Assembly (NCBI GenBank): GCA_049967655.1 | Contig: JBMFSH010000010.1 | Span: forward strand, 22,430-86,429 | Direction: 5' to 3' | From: Acidobacteriota bacterium | Lineage (GTDB): Bacteria; Acidobacteriota; UBA4820; DSQY01 | DNA length: 64,000 bases | Shown: positions 40,301-49,202 of the stretch, piece after piece | Layout of the letters: every line of letters starts with the position of its first letter | Position numbering within the stretch: the first letter of the stretch is position 1 | The notes under the pieces: model-generated | The model's database searches: none | Told to the model about the DNA's origin: nothing | The model's input: the letters and a program-made list of their open reading frames with translations, nothing else | Made by a program: the position numbers and the translations under genes

Positions 40301-40477
40301 CATGGTCTCGGGGGTGGCGCCGGGGAGGGAGGCGCTCACCTGGATCGTGGGGAAGTCCACGTTGGGCAGGTCGTTGACGGGCAGGAGCCGGTACCCCGTG
40401 ATGCCGAAGAGGAGGATGGCCAGCATGACAAGCGTTGTCATGACCGGCCGCTTGATGAAGAGCGCGGAGATGTTCAT
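37358..40477 (-). CDS. RND efflux transporter permease (AcrB/MexB family)
   Basis: 1039 aa with the canonical N-terminus MNISALFIKRPVMTTLVMLAILLFG and a 12-TM / two-large-loop layout. Confidence 0.95.
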   Translation of the reverse strand: MNISALFIKRPVMTTLVMLAILLFGITGYRLLPVNDLPNVDFPTIQVSASLPGATPETMASAVALPLEKQFSTIAGIDSMTSTSYQGSTSITLQFALDRSLDGAALDVQSAISVAQGQLPTGMPTPPSYQKVNPADQPILYLALTSPTLPMSQVDDYGETLMAQRISMVSGVAQVQVYGSQKYAVRVQMDPNKLANKGISLDQVANAISSGNVNLPTGTLYGPHVSYTVQASGQLEDASAFRPLIVTYQNGQPVRLEALGHVLDSVENDKTSAWYIDHTHNQRSVVLAIQRQPGTNTVAVAQAVKDLIPTFERQIPASVTLHTLYDRSTSIKQSVSDVKFTLLLTLILVILVIFLFLRNVSATVIPSLALPMSLVGTFALMYLLGYSLDNLSLMALTLAVGFVVDDAIVMLENIVRHMEMGKGILEASLEGSKEIGFTILSMTFSLVAVFIPVLFMGGIVGRLFHEFAVTIGSAILISGFVSLTLTPMLASRFLKHQSEVHHGRIYDLSERGFNWMLGWYERGLKWSIGHRRLVMIFSAVVLVLTGWLFVVIPKGFLPSEDASRAMVFTQAKEGISYDAMIRHQQAINRIIQANPDVDAFFSTAGSRGFLAPNQGICFIRFKPLSERKLSVDQEIARMRPQLMSVPGIMAFIQNPPPIQIGGRLSKSLYQVTLQGSDTQELYSVATELENKMRALPGLIDVTSDLQIKNPQVEVQIERDKASSYGVTAEAIENTLYDAYGSRQISYIYAPNNTYQVILELEDRFQTDPSALSMLYVPSSSGKVVPLDAVAKITRDLGPLSINHTGQIPSVTVSFNLAPGTPLGNAVDAVQKLARGIVPPTLTMSLQGTAQAFQASTKGLGWLLLLAILVIYLVLGILYESFIHPLTILSALPFAGFGALVTLLIFRVDLSIYAFVGIIMLVGLVKKNGIMMIDFALEAQRKENKPAAEAIYEACVIRFRPIMMTTMAALMGTLPIALGMGAGAESRRPLGLAVVGGLLFSQFLTLFVTPVFYLYMDRLQSLLSGRLSRSANGSTIPEVK

Positions 40478-40607
40478 GGCGTCTCCTCTACGCGTAGGCC
40501 CTCAGGGAGCCGGGCGGATTGGGGGGTTGGGCGCCGGAGGTCCGCTCGTAGAGGCACTCTCCGGAGCGCGATTCTTGGGCTCCCAGGCGCGGCCGGTCTC
40601 CCGTTCA

Positions 40608-41792
40608 TCACTTCCCGCCTCCCGGCGCGGGCGAGCTTCCCGCGTCTTGCGTGGGGGCGGGGCCGCTCTTGATCTCGACCTTCGCCCCGGGGAAGAGCCG
40701 GAGCTGGCCGTCGGTGACGACCTCCTCGCCGGCCTGGAGTCCCTTTTCGATGATGGCTTCGTCGTTTCGCCGCTGGCCCACCGTGACGGGCCGCATCTCG
40801 ACGGTGCGATCGGGTTTGACCACGAAGAGGTAGGTGCCCTGCTGCCCTTCTTGGACGGCCTTGTCCGGCACCACGACGGCCCCCTTCTGCGTGCCGAGCG
40901 TCAGGGAGACCTGGACAAAGGAGCCCGGCCAGAGTGCCTTGTCCTCGTTGGGAAAGGTAGCCTTGAGCAGGATCATGCCGGTGTTGGGGTCGACCGTGTT
41001 GTTGATGAGGCTTAATTCGCCCTCGAAGGTGGCGCCGCCGGAGGGCAGCACAGCCGAGACCTTCAACGGCCCGCTGGCCTGCTGGCGGCGGATCTCGGGC
41101 AGTTCGGATTCGGGGACCGAGAAGTTCACGTAGATGGGGGTGATCTGATTGAGGACGAGAACGGGCACGTCGTTGGCCTTTATCACGTTGCCGAGCTGCA
41201 CGAGGAGGTTGCTCGTCCGTCCCGGAATGGGGGCGCGGACCGTGCAGTAGCCGAGGTTCAGCCGCGCCGCCTGCACGGCCGCCTCATCGGCCTGGGCGGA
41301 CGACCGGAGGGCGTCGGCGGCGGCCACCGCGTTATCGAAGTCCTGCTTGGTGATGTAATCCTTTTTCACCAGGTCCGCGTAGCGCTTGGCTTGGGCCTCG
41401 GCGCTCACCAACTGGGCCTTGTCCCTGGCCAGGATCCCCTGGGCCTGCTGGAGGGCGGCCTCGTAGGGACGCGGATCGATGACGAATAGAACATCGCCCT
41501 TCTTGACGTCCTGGCCCTCCTTGATGGCGATCCGGGTGATCTCGCCTCCTACGAGGGGCTTGATGCTGACGGAGTTGTAGGCCTGCACGGTGCCGATGGC
41601 GCTGAGGACGATGGGCACGTCCTTGTGCGCGGATTCGGCCACCGTGACGGGGGCCGGAGGCATGCCGCCCTTCTTTTGCGCGCGGCCGCAGGCGGAGAGG
41701 AGGGCGAAGGCGAGGAGGGTGGCGACGGCGGCCAGCCGGCGACTGCGCGTCGGGGAGGCGAGGAAACGAGGGTTGGCGACGGGGCGTCTCAT
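40608..41792 (-). CDS. RND efflux periplasmic adaptor (membrane fusion protein)
   Basis: Lipoprotein signal LLSAC. HlyD/biotinyl-lipoyl-like and beta-barrel segments. ATGA overlap with the upstream OMF stop. Confidence 0.9.
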   Translation of the reverse strand: MRRPVANPRFLASPTRSRRLAAVATLLAFALLSACGRAQKKGGMPPAPVTVAESAHKDVPIVLSAIGTVQAYNSVSIKPLVGGEITRIAIKEGQDVKKGDVLFVIDPRPYEAALQQAQGILARDKAQLVSAEAQAKRYADLVKKDYITKQDFDNAVAAADALRSSAQADEAAVQAARLNLGYCTVRAPIPGRTSNLLVQLGNVIKANDVPVLVLNQITPIYVNFSVPESELPEIRRQQASGPLKVSAVLPSGGATFEGELSLINNTVDPNTGMILLKATFPNEDKALWPGSFVQVSLTLGTQKGAVVVPDKAVQEGQQGTYLFVVKPDRTVEMRPVTVGQRRNDEAIIEKGLQAGEEVVTDGQLRLFPGAKVEIKSGPAPTQDAGSSPAPGGGK

Positions 41793-43273
41793 GGCTTCTT
41801 GTCCTTCTCCACCGCAACGGGGGCGGCCAATTCGCTGTGCTGGTCGGCAACGGTGAGGGTCCCGGTATCGTGCGCGAGCTGCGCGAGAGCCATGTACCAG
41901 TTCACGTCCGCCTGGACCCGCTGGGCCCTGGCGCTGGCGAGGGCGCTCTGGGCGGAGAGGAGGTCGAGGATGCTGCCCACGCCGGCCTTGTAACGTCCCA
42001 GGGCCACGTGTTGCGATTCGGTGGCGCTCTCGAGCAGGTCGTGGCTCGTCTTGACCTGCTGCCGAGCGGTGCGGAGCTGGTAGTAGCTCGACCACACCTG
42101 AAAGGTGACCTCCTGCTCGAGGCTCGAAAGGCTGGCGTTGGCCGCGTCTTCGTCGGCCTTGGCCTGGATGACGTTGTACTGCTGGGTGAAGCCGGTGAAG
42201 AGGGGGATGCTCAGCACGACGCCGAGGTTGTAAGTGTTCCCGTAAGCGTTCCGGCTGTCGTAGTAGATCCGGCCCAGGCTCGCGCTTCCGTTTAGGGAGG
42301 GGCGGCCCTCGGCCTTGACGGTACGGACGTGGGCCGCCGCCTTCTCCGCCAGTGCTCGCGCGGCGGAGAGGTCGGGGCGGTTGGCCTCCGCCTGGGAGAG
42401 GAACTTATCCACCGCCTGCAAGGCCTGGTCGGTGTTGGGCTCCTTGGATGGGATCCCCACGTCGTAGGGGGTGTTGGCGGGAAGCCCCATGGCCGTCGCC
42501 AGGGCGCCGCGGGTGGTCTGGATCTGCCCTTCGAGCCCGTCGAGCGTGAGCTGGGCCTGGGCCAGGCTCGTCTTGGCCTGGAGGACGTCGGCGATGGTGG
42601 CCACCCCCGCCTTGTGCATGGCCTGAGCGGCGTCGAGGTTGGTCTGGGCCTCCTTGACGCTCTCCTCTTGGGCGTTGTAGAGGGCCTTGGCGGCCACGTA
42701 CTGGTAGTAGGCCTGCTCCACGGCCAGGGTCACGTTCTGCAGCATGGCGTTGTGGCTGAAATCGGCGGAGATGAGGGCCTGCCGCTTCTCGTCCACGGCC
42801 GCCGCCTGGCCGCCGAAGTTGTAGAGGAGCCAATTGAGGGAGAGCTGGGGTTCGTAGCTGCGCTGGTAGTAGGAGATCTTGCCGTTCGCGAAGGCCCCCT
42901 CGGTGCGGTCGTAGTTGGCCTGGGCCGAAACTTGCGGGTAGTAGTTGCCCTTCTGGCTGCCGTAGGCCGCCGCGGCCGAGCGCGCCTGCGCCCACGCCTC
43001 GGCGGTCAGGGGGCTGTTGCGCAGGGCGATGTCCACCACGTCCAAAAGGGTGAGGTTCTGGCTCCTTTGGAGAAGGTCCTGCGGAATGGCCGGAGTGGGT
43101 GCGACGGCCGGAGTGGGTGCTTGCAGGACCTTGGCGGGCGGGCTCCAGGGTTTGTCGGGCGAGGGCGACGTGGCCGGAACCCCGTAGACCTTGGGGGGAT
43201 TGTGCACGCAGCCGGCCAGGACGGCCAGCCCCAGTGAAAGGAGCGCCCCGGTCAATCGGCTTGGCGAGGTCAT
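41789..43273 (-). CDS. Outer-membrane efflux factor (TolC/OprM family lipoprotein)
   Basis: Signal plus lipobox LAVLAGC. Duplicated OEP repeats. ATGA overlap with the TetR stop. Confidence 0.9.
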   Translation of the reverse strand: MTSPSRLTGALLSLGLAVLAGCVHNPPKVYGVPATSPSPDKPWSPPAKVLQAPTPAVAPTPAIPQDLLQRSQNLTLLDVVDIALRNSPLTAEAWAQARSAAAAYGSQKGNYYPQVSAQANYDRTEGAFANGKISYYQRSYEPQLSLNWLLYNFGGQAAAVDEKRQALISADFSHNAMLQNVTLAVEQAYYQYVAAKALYNAQEESVKEAQTNLDAAQAMHKAGVATIADVLQAKTSLAQAQLTLDGLEGQIQTTRGALATAMGLPANTPYDVGIPSKEPNTDQALQAVDKFLSQAEANRPDLSAARALAEKAAAHVRTVKAEGRPSLNGSASLGRIYYDSRNAYGNTYNLGVVLSIPLFTGFTQQYNVIQAKADEDAANASLSSLEQEVTFQVWSSYYQLRTARQQVKTSHDLLESATESQHVALGRYKAGVGSILDLLSAQSALASARAQRVQADVNWYMALAQLAHDTGTLTVADQHSELAAPVAVEKDKKP

Positions 43274-43935
43274 GGCCGGCTCCCCAGCGGTGTGCGGCTT
43301 CGCGGCTCGGCGGCCCCTGCCAAGAGGCCGTGGAAAAGGAGCTCGATGATCAACCGCGCGTCCTCCTCCAGGGGCCCCGGTCTTTCTTCCCACAATCGCT
43401 GTCCAATCATGGCGATATTGGCCTCCATCAGCATGGCCGCCACCTTCGTGGCGTCCAAAGGCTTGAAAAGGTTCTCCGCAATTCCGTCGCGGATGCAGTC
43501 GGCAATCTTGTCCACCATGACCCGATAGGGGTCGCTGCGCTGGCGGTTGAACCTGGACTTCGCCGACTGGCGCTGCCAGAGCAGGACCCTGTAGAACTCT
43601 CTGTGTTCGTCGAAGTAGCCGAGGTGCCTCTCCACGAGCCTCTTCAGCCTCTCGTAGGGCGGAAGCGGCCCCTGCAACAGAGCCAGCAGCTCCTTTCGGA
43701 GCGGTTCGAGGCTGGACTCCTTGACCGACTCGAGAAGGTCGCTCTTGTCCTTGAAGTAGGTGTAGAGGGTTCCCTTGGCCACGCCCGCCTCAGCGGCCAC
43801 GTTCTCCATCGTGAGGCCTGCGTCGCCCTTCTGGGCGAGGACGCGGATGACCCCCTCGTGGATGGCGTCGCGGGTCAGCTGCTCCCAGCGGCTGCGCCGC
43901 TCGCTCTTGGCGGGGGTGCACGGTTTCGATTTCAA
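43270..43935 (-). CDS. TetR/AcrR-family transcriptional regulator of the efflux operon
   Basis: N-terminal HTH (…GLTMENVAAEAGVAKGTLYTYFKDK). TTG start inferred. Confidence 0.88.
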   Translation of the reverse strand: MKSKPCTPAKSERRSRWEQLTRDAIHEGVIRVLAQKGDAGLTMENVAAEAGVAKGTLYTYFKDKSDLLESVKESSLEPLRKELLALLQGPLPPYERLKRLVERHLGYFDEHREFYRVLLWQRQSAKSRFNRQRSDPYRVMVDKIADCIRDGIAENLFKPLDATKVAAMLMEANIAMIGQRLWEERPGPLEEDARLIIELLFHGLLAGAAEPRSRTPLGSRP

Positions 43936-43967
43936 GGAGACTTACCTTGCCTTCCCCTGTCGACCTG

Positions 43968-44022
43968 TTGGTCACCAGTTGAACCAGCGGGTCATAATAC
44001 GTACTTTCCAGTCATGCGTCAA
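43968..44022 (-). promoter_or_regulatory. Predicted promoter TTGACG-N17-TATTAT with palindromic candidate TetR operator (TGGTCACCA / GTTGAAC)
   Basis: -35 at 44017-44022 and -10 at 43994-43999 on the minus strand. Palindromes at 43968-43990 lie between the -10 and the TetR start. Confidence 0.6.
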
Positions 44023-44071
44023 GGAGGTACAACAACGCGAGGGAGCTCCGTATTGCCTGTTCGCCGCGGGC

Positions 44072-45487
44072 TCAGAGGATGTACTTGCTCAGGTCCTGGT
44101 TACCCACCAGTTCCTTGAGGCAATCGTCGATGTAGGGTTTGTCGATGGTCACCTTGGTGCCGCTCAGATCGGGCGCGTTGAAGGAGATCTCGTCCATGAT
44201 TCGCTCCAGGACGGTGTGGAGCCGGCGCGCGCCGATGTTCTCAAGCTGATCGTTGATGGCGCTCGCGTACTCCGCCATGGCCACGACGGCGTCATCGGTG
44301 AAGACCACCTCCACCCCTTCCGTGGCAAGGAGCGCGGTGTACTGGAGGATGAGGGCGTTCTCCGGCTCGCGCAGGATCCGCACGAAGTCCTCCTTGCCCA
44401 GGGAGGTGAGCTCCACCCGGATGGGGAAGCGCCCCTGGAGTTCGGGCAGCAGATCGCTGGGTTTGGTCATGTGGAAGGCGCCGGCGGCGATGAAGAGAAT
44501 GTGGTCGGTGCGGACCAGACCGTAGCGGGTATTGACGCGCGTTCCCTCCACGATGGGCAGGAGGTCCCGCTGGACGCCTTCTCGGCTCACGTCGGGGCCG
44601 TGGCCGCCTGAGCTGCGGCCGGCCACCTTGTCGATCTCGTCCAGAAAGATGATGCCGTGCTGTTCCGCGCGCTCCACGGCCTCCCTCGCGATCTCGTCCT
44701 TGTCGATGAGCTTCTCCTCCTCCTCCCGGGCGAGCAGGTCGAGGGCCTCCAGCACCTTGACCTTGCGGGTTTTGCGCCGCCCACCCATGAGCCCGGGGAG
44801 GATGTCGTTGAGGTTGAAGCCCATCTCCTCCATGCCGGCCGGTGTGAAGACGCGCATGGAGGCGCCCCCCTCGGCCACCTCCACGTCCACCGTCTTGTCG
44901 TTCATGCGGCCGGCTCTCAACCATTCGCGCATGCGCTCCCGGGAGCTTGTGACATTCGCTGTCGCCGGGGGCGGTTCCCAGGCCTGGGAGCCTTCCTCCT
45001 GGGGGGACGCCTGACCGGGCGTGTAGACGGGCGCGGGCGGGAGGAGGAGATCCAACACCCGCTCTTCGGCGGCCTCGCGGGCCTTTTCCTGCACCGACGC
45101 CGCCTTCTCGGCCCGCACCAGGTTGTAGGCGATCTCCGCCAGGTCGCGGATCATGGACTCCACGTCCCGCCCGACGTAGCCCACCTCGGTGAACTTGCTG
45201 GCCTCGATTTTCAGGAACGGGGAGGCAGTGAGTCTGGCCAGGCGGCGGGCGATCTCGGTCTTCCCGACGCCCGTGGGCCCGATCATGATGATGTTCTTGG
45301 GCGCCACCTCGTCCTTCAGTTCGGGCGGAACCGACTGCCGGCGCACTCGGTTGCGCAGAGCCACGGCGACGGAGCGCTTGGCCTGCTTCTGGCCGATAAT
45401 GAACTTGTCCAGCTCCTCCACGATCCGCTTGGGGGTCAGCGGATCTTCGAGCCTGTTGTAGAGCGATCCTGGTTCTGTCTTGATCAT
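44072..45487 (-). CDS. hslU: ATP-dependent protease ATPase subunit HslU
   Basis: Walker A GPTGVGKTEIARRLA, the I-domain insert, and IIFLDEIDKV. Confidence 0.95.
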   Translation of the reverse strand: MIKTEPGSLYNRLEDPLTPKRIVEELDKFIIGQKQAKRSVAVALRNRVRRQSVPPELKDEVAPKNIIMIGPTGVGKTEIARRLARLTASPFLKIEASKFTEVGYVGRDVESMIRDLAEIAYNLVRAEKAASVQEKAREAAEERVLDLLLPPAPVYTPGQASPQEEGSQAWEPPPATANVTSSRERMREWLRAGRMNDKTVDVEVAEGGASMRVFTPAGMEEMGFNLNDILPGLMGGRRKTRKVKVLEALDLLAREEEEKLIDKDEIAREAVERAEQHGIIFLDEIDKVAGRSSGGHGPDVSREGVQRDLLPIVEGTRVNTRYGLVRTDHILFIAAGAFHMTKPSDLLPELQGRFPIRVELTSLGKEDFVRILREPENALILQYTALLATEGVEVVFTDDAVVAMAEYASAINDQLENIGARRLHTVLERIMDEISFNAPDLSGTKVTIDKPYIDDCLKELVGNQDLSKYIL

Positions 45488-45550
45488 GATTTCTCCAGCG
45501 AAGGGTTGGGCTTGAGGCGACGGGGCGGGGGATGGGGCGGATGGGCCCGG

Positions 45551-45720
45551 TAAGCGATTAAGCGATTAGGCTATTAGGCTATTAGGCTATTAGGCTATTA
45601 GGCTATTAGGCCATTAAGCGATTGGACTAGGGGGCTAGGAAAGGGGATGGGCGATTCGGCCATCCCCCGCCCGCTCGGTTCCCTCATCGCCTCATCACCT
45701 ATTCGCTCATCCTCCCTCGC
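45551..45720. repeat. Head-to-head array pair in the hslV-hslU spacer
   Basis: Left arm is 12 in-phase + strand octamers at 45551-45646: TAAGCGAT x2, TAGGCTAT x5, TAGGCCAT, TAAGCGAT and degenerate units. Central hairpin is GGGGATGG…CCATCCCC at 45643-45667. Right arm is a mirrored pyrimidine arm at 45681-45715 whose minus strand reads GAGGATGA GCGAATAG GTGATGAG GCGATGAG. The right arm overlaps the hslV stop at 45707. Confidence 0.9.
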
Positions 45721-46252
45721 CCAGCTCGAGCACCGTCACGTTCTGGTTCGTGTAGATGCAGATCTCGCCGGCCAACTTGAGGCACTCCTCGGCGATCTGC
45801 CTCGCACTCAAGCCGGTGTTGCGCAGGAGGGCCCTGGCCGCGGCCAGGGCGTAGGGACCTCCCGAGCCCGTGGCCAGCACGCCGTCGTCCGAGGCGATGA
45901 GCTCCCCGCTGCCCGAGAGGAGGAACTGGTGCTCCCGGTCGGCCACGATCAGGACCGCTTCGAGCCGCCGCAGGGCGCGGTCCATCCGCCACTCCTTGAC
46001 CAGCTCCACCGATGTCCTTTCCAGGTTGCCGTTGTACTCCTCGAGCTTGGCCTCGAAGCGGGCGAAGAGGGCGAAGGCGTCCGCCACGCCACCGGCGAAG
46101 CCCGCCAGGACCTGGTCGTGGTAGAGCTTTCGCACCTTCTTTGCCGTGTGTTTGATCACCGTCTGGCCGAGCGTGACCTGGCCGTCGGAGGCCATGGCCA
46201 CCGCCCCGTTTCGCGCCACGCAGATGATCGTCGTCGCATGAACCTGTTCCAC
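45707..46252 (-). CDS. hslV: ATP-dependent protease peptidase subunit HslV (CodW-like N-terminus)
   Basis: …[12 protein letters not shown]… with the GSGG motif. GTG start at 46252 with GGAGGTG SD. A 5-6 residue pro-sequence precedes TT, as in B. subtilis CodW. Confidence 0.88.
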   Translation of the reverse strand: MEQVHATTIICVARNGAVAMASDGQVTLGQTVIKHTAKKVRKLYHDQVLAGFAGGVADAFALFARFEAKLEEYNGNLERTSVELVKEWRMDRALRRLEAVLIVADREHQFLLSGSGELIASDDGVLATGSGGPYALAAARALLRNTGLSARQIAEECLKLAGEICIYTNQNVTVLELGEGG

Positions 46253-46499
46253 ATTCACCTCCAGACAACTCCAACAATAGCCTATTTCGTCCGCGAAGGG
46301 GATATGGGAAGCGGTCCCTCCTTTCGGAGCCGTCCATCCGGTGGCGCCCCGCCGTGGCACGCGCGAGAGTTTCCCTCCGGCCTCCCGTACGCCTCCCGCA
46401 AGAACAAGGTTTCCGGGACCCGAGGCGGCCTGGACAAAACGGTGGCGCTTAGGCGTTAGAATAAGCCTAGTGGCCGTTCGGCCGACGGGAGCATCTTCG

Positions 46500-47507
46500 A
46501 TGGACAGACCCAGCGTGATCGTTACCTACAGGACGGATGAGGCGGAGAGGCGCCTCGTGGAGGAGCGTTTGGGCCGGCTCGCCCGCCTTGGTTTCCTGAA
46601 GGACTTCCCCAGGGAGGAGCGCGCCTCGCTCCTGGCCGGAGCCGAGGTCGCGATCGCCTGGTTTCCGCAGCGTGAGTTCCCCGAGGAGTCCTGGTCGAAT
46701 CTGGGCAGACTCCGCCTCTTGCAGCTCGTTTCGGCGGGCGTGGACCACCTCCCCTTCGCTCGGCTGCCCGCCGGCCTGCGCATCGCCGCCAACGTCGGCG
46801 CCTACGCGGAGCCCATGGCGGAGCATGTTTTCGCCATGATCCTGGGCGCCTACAAGAATCTCTGCTCCCGCCACGCGGCCCTGGCGAAGGGGAGCTTCGA
46901 GCAGCACCTGCCCAACCGCATGCTGAAGGGGAGCAGCTGCGGCATCTTAGGATATGGGGGCATCGGGCGCGCCACGGCCCGCCTGCTCAAGCCGTTCGGG
47001 GTGCGCATCCTGGCCGTCAACAGCACGGGCCGAGGCGATGAGATGACGGACTTCTGCGGAACCCTGGAGGATCTGGAGCGGGTGCTCACCGAATCGGACA
47101 TCGTGGTCGTCGCCCTGCCCCTGACCCGCACAACCGCGGGGCTCATCGGCCGGCGCGAGCTCTCGCTCATGAAGGGGGATGGCCTCCTGGTGAACGTGGC
47201 GAGGGGCGAGATCGTGGATCAGGGCGCCCTCTACGCTCACCTGATCGCACACCCGGCCTTCTGGGCGGCCATCGACGCCTGGTGGGTGGAGCCCCAGCGC
47301 CACGGCCGGTTCGAGCTGGAGCATCCCTTTTTCGATCTGCCCAACGTGCTGGGTTCCCCTCACAATTCGGGCATCGTGCCCGGAGCCCTGCTGGACGGGT
47401 TGCGCCGGGCCGTGGAGAACGTGGAGCGCTTCCTGAATGGTGAGGAGCCGCGCGGCGTGGTTCGTTGGGAGGAGTACCTGGAACCGGAAAGCCGACAGGG
47501 CGGATAG
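46500..47507 (+). CDS. D-isomer-specific 2-hydroxyacid dehydrogenase family protein
   Basis: NAD-binding motif [16 protein letters not shown] and the catalytic region …NVARGEIVD…SPHNSG. Confidence 0.85.
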   Translation: MDRPSVIVTYRTDEAERRLVEERLGRLARLGFLKDFPREERASLLAGAEVAIAWFPQREFPEESWSNLGRLRLLQLVSAGVDHLPFARLPAGLRIAANVGAYAEPMAEHVFAMILGAYKNLCSRHAALAKGSFEQHLPNRMLKGSSCGILGYGGIGRATARLLKPFGVRILAVNSTGRGDEMTDFCGTLEDLERVLTESDIVVVALPLTRTTAGLIGRRELSLMKGDGLLVNVARGEIVDQGALYAHLIAHPAFWAAIDAWWVEPQRHGRFELEHPFFDLPNVLGSPHNSGIVPGALLDGLRRAVENVERFLNGEEPRGVVRWEEYLEPESRQGG

Positions 47508-47578
47508 CGACGAGGGCGGCCACGGTGCGCCCGTGACTTGCCCCTGGTGAGGCAAATGCCCATGAAAGGAGCATGACC

Positions 47579-48598
47579 ATGCGAGCTTTCGAGATCCAAT
47601 CCCAATTCGGCCTGGACAACCTGAGGCCGGCCGAGCGTCCCGACCCCTCGCCCGGCCCCGGGGAGGTGCTCGTCGGCGTGAGGGCCTGCTCTCTCAACTA
47701 CCGGGACCTGATGACCGTCCTCGGCACCTACAACCCCAAGCAGAAACTGCCGCTGGTGCCCTGTTCGGACGGGGCCGGCGAGGTGCTGGCGGTGGGGGCC
47801 GGGGTGCGCCGATTCAAACCCGGCGACCGCGTGGCGAGTATCTTCTCGCAGACGTGGCTGGCCGGTCCGCCTAGCGGGGCGGCCCGCAAGGGCACGCTGG
47901 GGGGACCGATGGACGGGATGCTGCGAGAGATGGCGGTGCTCTCCGAGGAGGGGCTCGTCGCGCTTCCGGGCCACCTCTCCTTCGAGGAGGGGGCCTGCCT
48001 GCCGTGCGCGGGCCTCACCGCGTGGAACGCCCTCTTCGGCGGCGAATCATCCCTCAAGCCGGGGGACACCGTCCTGGTGGAGGGGACGGGCGGGGTCTCC
48101 ATCTTCGCCCTCCAGTTCGCCCGGATGGCGGGCGCCCGGGTCATCGTGACCTCATCGAGCGACGAGAAGCTCGCACGCGCCAAGGCGCTCGGAGCCTGGG
48201 CCACCATCAACTACTCCTGGGAGCCCGAGTGGGACCGCGGCGTGCTGGAGCTGACGGGCGGCGAAGGGGTGGACCACGTGGTCGAGGTGGGCGGCGCCGG
48301 GACCTTTGAGAAGGCGCTCAAGGCGGTGCGCATCGGAGGGTCTGTCAGCGTCATCGGCGTTCTCTCGGGCGCCAAGACGGAGGTGGCCCTCACGTGGATC
48401 CTCATGAAGAGCGTGCACCTGCGCGGCCTCTTCGTGGGCAGCCGGGCCCTCTTCGAGGAGATGAACCGCGCCGTGGGCGAGCACAGCCTCAAACCCGTCG
48501 TGGACAAGGTCTTCCCCTTCGAGCAGGCGGGAGAGGCCTTCCGCCTCATGCAGAAGGGCGGACACTTCGGGAAGATCGTGGTGGGGGTGGGGAAGTAA
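47579..48598 (+). CDS. Medium-chain (zinc-type) alcohol dehydrogenase / NADPH:quinone oxidoreductase family protein
   Basis: GEVLVGVRACSLNYRD, GDTVLVEGTGGVSIFALQFA. AAAGGAG SD favours the second ATG at 47579 over 47573. Confidence 0.85.
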   Translation: MRAFEIQSQFGLDNLRPAERPDPSPGPGEVLVGVRACSLNYRDLMTVLGTYNPKQKLPLVPCSDGAGEVLAVGAGVRRFKPGDRVASIFSQTWLAGPPSGAARKGTLGGPMDGMLREMAVLSEEGLVALPGHLSFEEGACLPCAGLTAWNALFGGESSLKPGDTVLVEGTGGVSIFALQFARMAGARVIVTSSSDEKLARAKALGAWATINYSWEPEWDRGVLELTGGEGVDHVVEVGGAGTFEKALKAVRIGGSVSVIGVLSGAKTEVALTWILMKSVHLRGLFVGSRALFEEMNRAVGEHSLKPVVDKVFPFEQAGEAFRLMQKGGHFGKIVVGVGK

Positions 48599-48638
48599 GG
48601 AAGTGAGGAAGAAAGGAAGTGAGGAAGAAAGCGGAGAT
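48591..48638 (+). repeat. Octamer array GGAAGTAA GGAAGTGA GGAAGAAA GGAAGTGA GGAAGAAA GCGGAGAT
   Basis: The first unit contains the TAA stop of the dehydrogenase (48596-48598). The array ends 6 nt before the AKR ATG. Confidence 0.88.
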
Positions 48639-48644
48639 GATCCG

Positions 48645-49108
48645 ATGGGAACCCGGCGTCTCGGAACAAAGTGCCCCGTGGTCTTGGCCATGGAGCTGGG
48701 CTGCATGAGCATGTCGCAGGCCTACGGAACGCGGAACGATGAAGAGTCCAGGAAGACCTTGCAAAGGGCGCTCGATCTGGGCGTCACCTTTATGGACACG
48801 GCCTTCCCCGCTTCCAGGGGGAGAACCTGGATCGCAACGAGCGGCTGCGCAGGGCCCTCGCGGAGATCGCCGCGGGCAAGGGGCTGACGCCGGCCTCGCT
48901 GGCCCTGGCGTGGGTGCTGGCGCAGGGGGAGGACGTGGTCCCCATTCCCGGCACCAAGCGCGTGCGCTACCTCGCAGAGAACGCCGCGGCCGCGGCCTCC
49001 TCGCTGGAGGGCCAGACCCTAGCCGCCATCGAGGCCGCCCTCGCCGCCAACCCCCCGAGCGGCGAGCGCTATTCATCGGGCATGATGGCCTGGGTGGACC
49101 GGGGGTAG
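48645..49108 (+). pseudogene. Aldo/keto reductase with a large internal out-of-frame deletion
   Basis: N-terminal RRLGT…LGCMSMSQAYG…ALDLGVTFMDTA joins at about 48801-48809, in a different frame, to the AKR C-terminal part PRFQGENLDRN…LALAWVLAQGEDVVPIPGTKRVRYLAENA. About 165 central residues, including catalytic residues, are absent. Confidence 0.65.
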
Positions 49109-49110
49109 AT

Positions 49111-49150
49111 CGAAACGGCGAAACGCGGAAACGGAGAGATGGAGAAAGGG
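49111..49150 (+). repeat. Octamer array CGAAACGG CGAAACGC GGAAACGG AGAGATGG AGAAAGGG
   Basis: In-phase units beginning 3 nt after the AKR remnant stop. Confidence 0.75.
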
Positions 49151-49202
49151 AGCCTGCCTGGACGGGTAAATCCGCCCTCCCGAGCGGCGCCCCACGGGAT
49201 GA

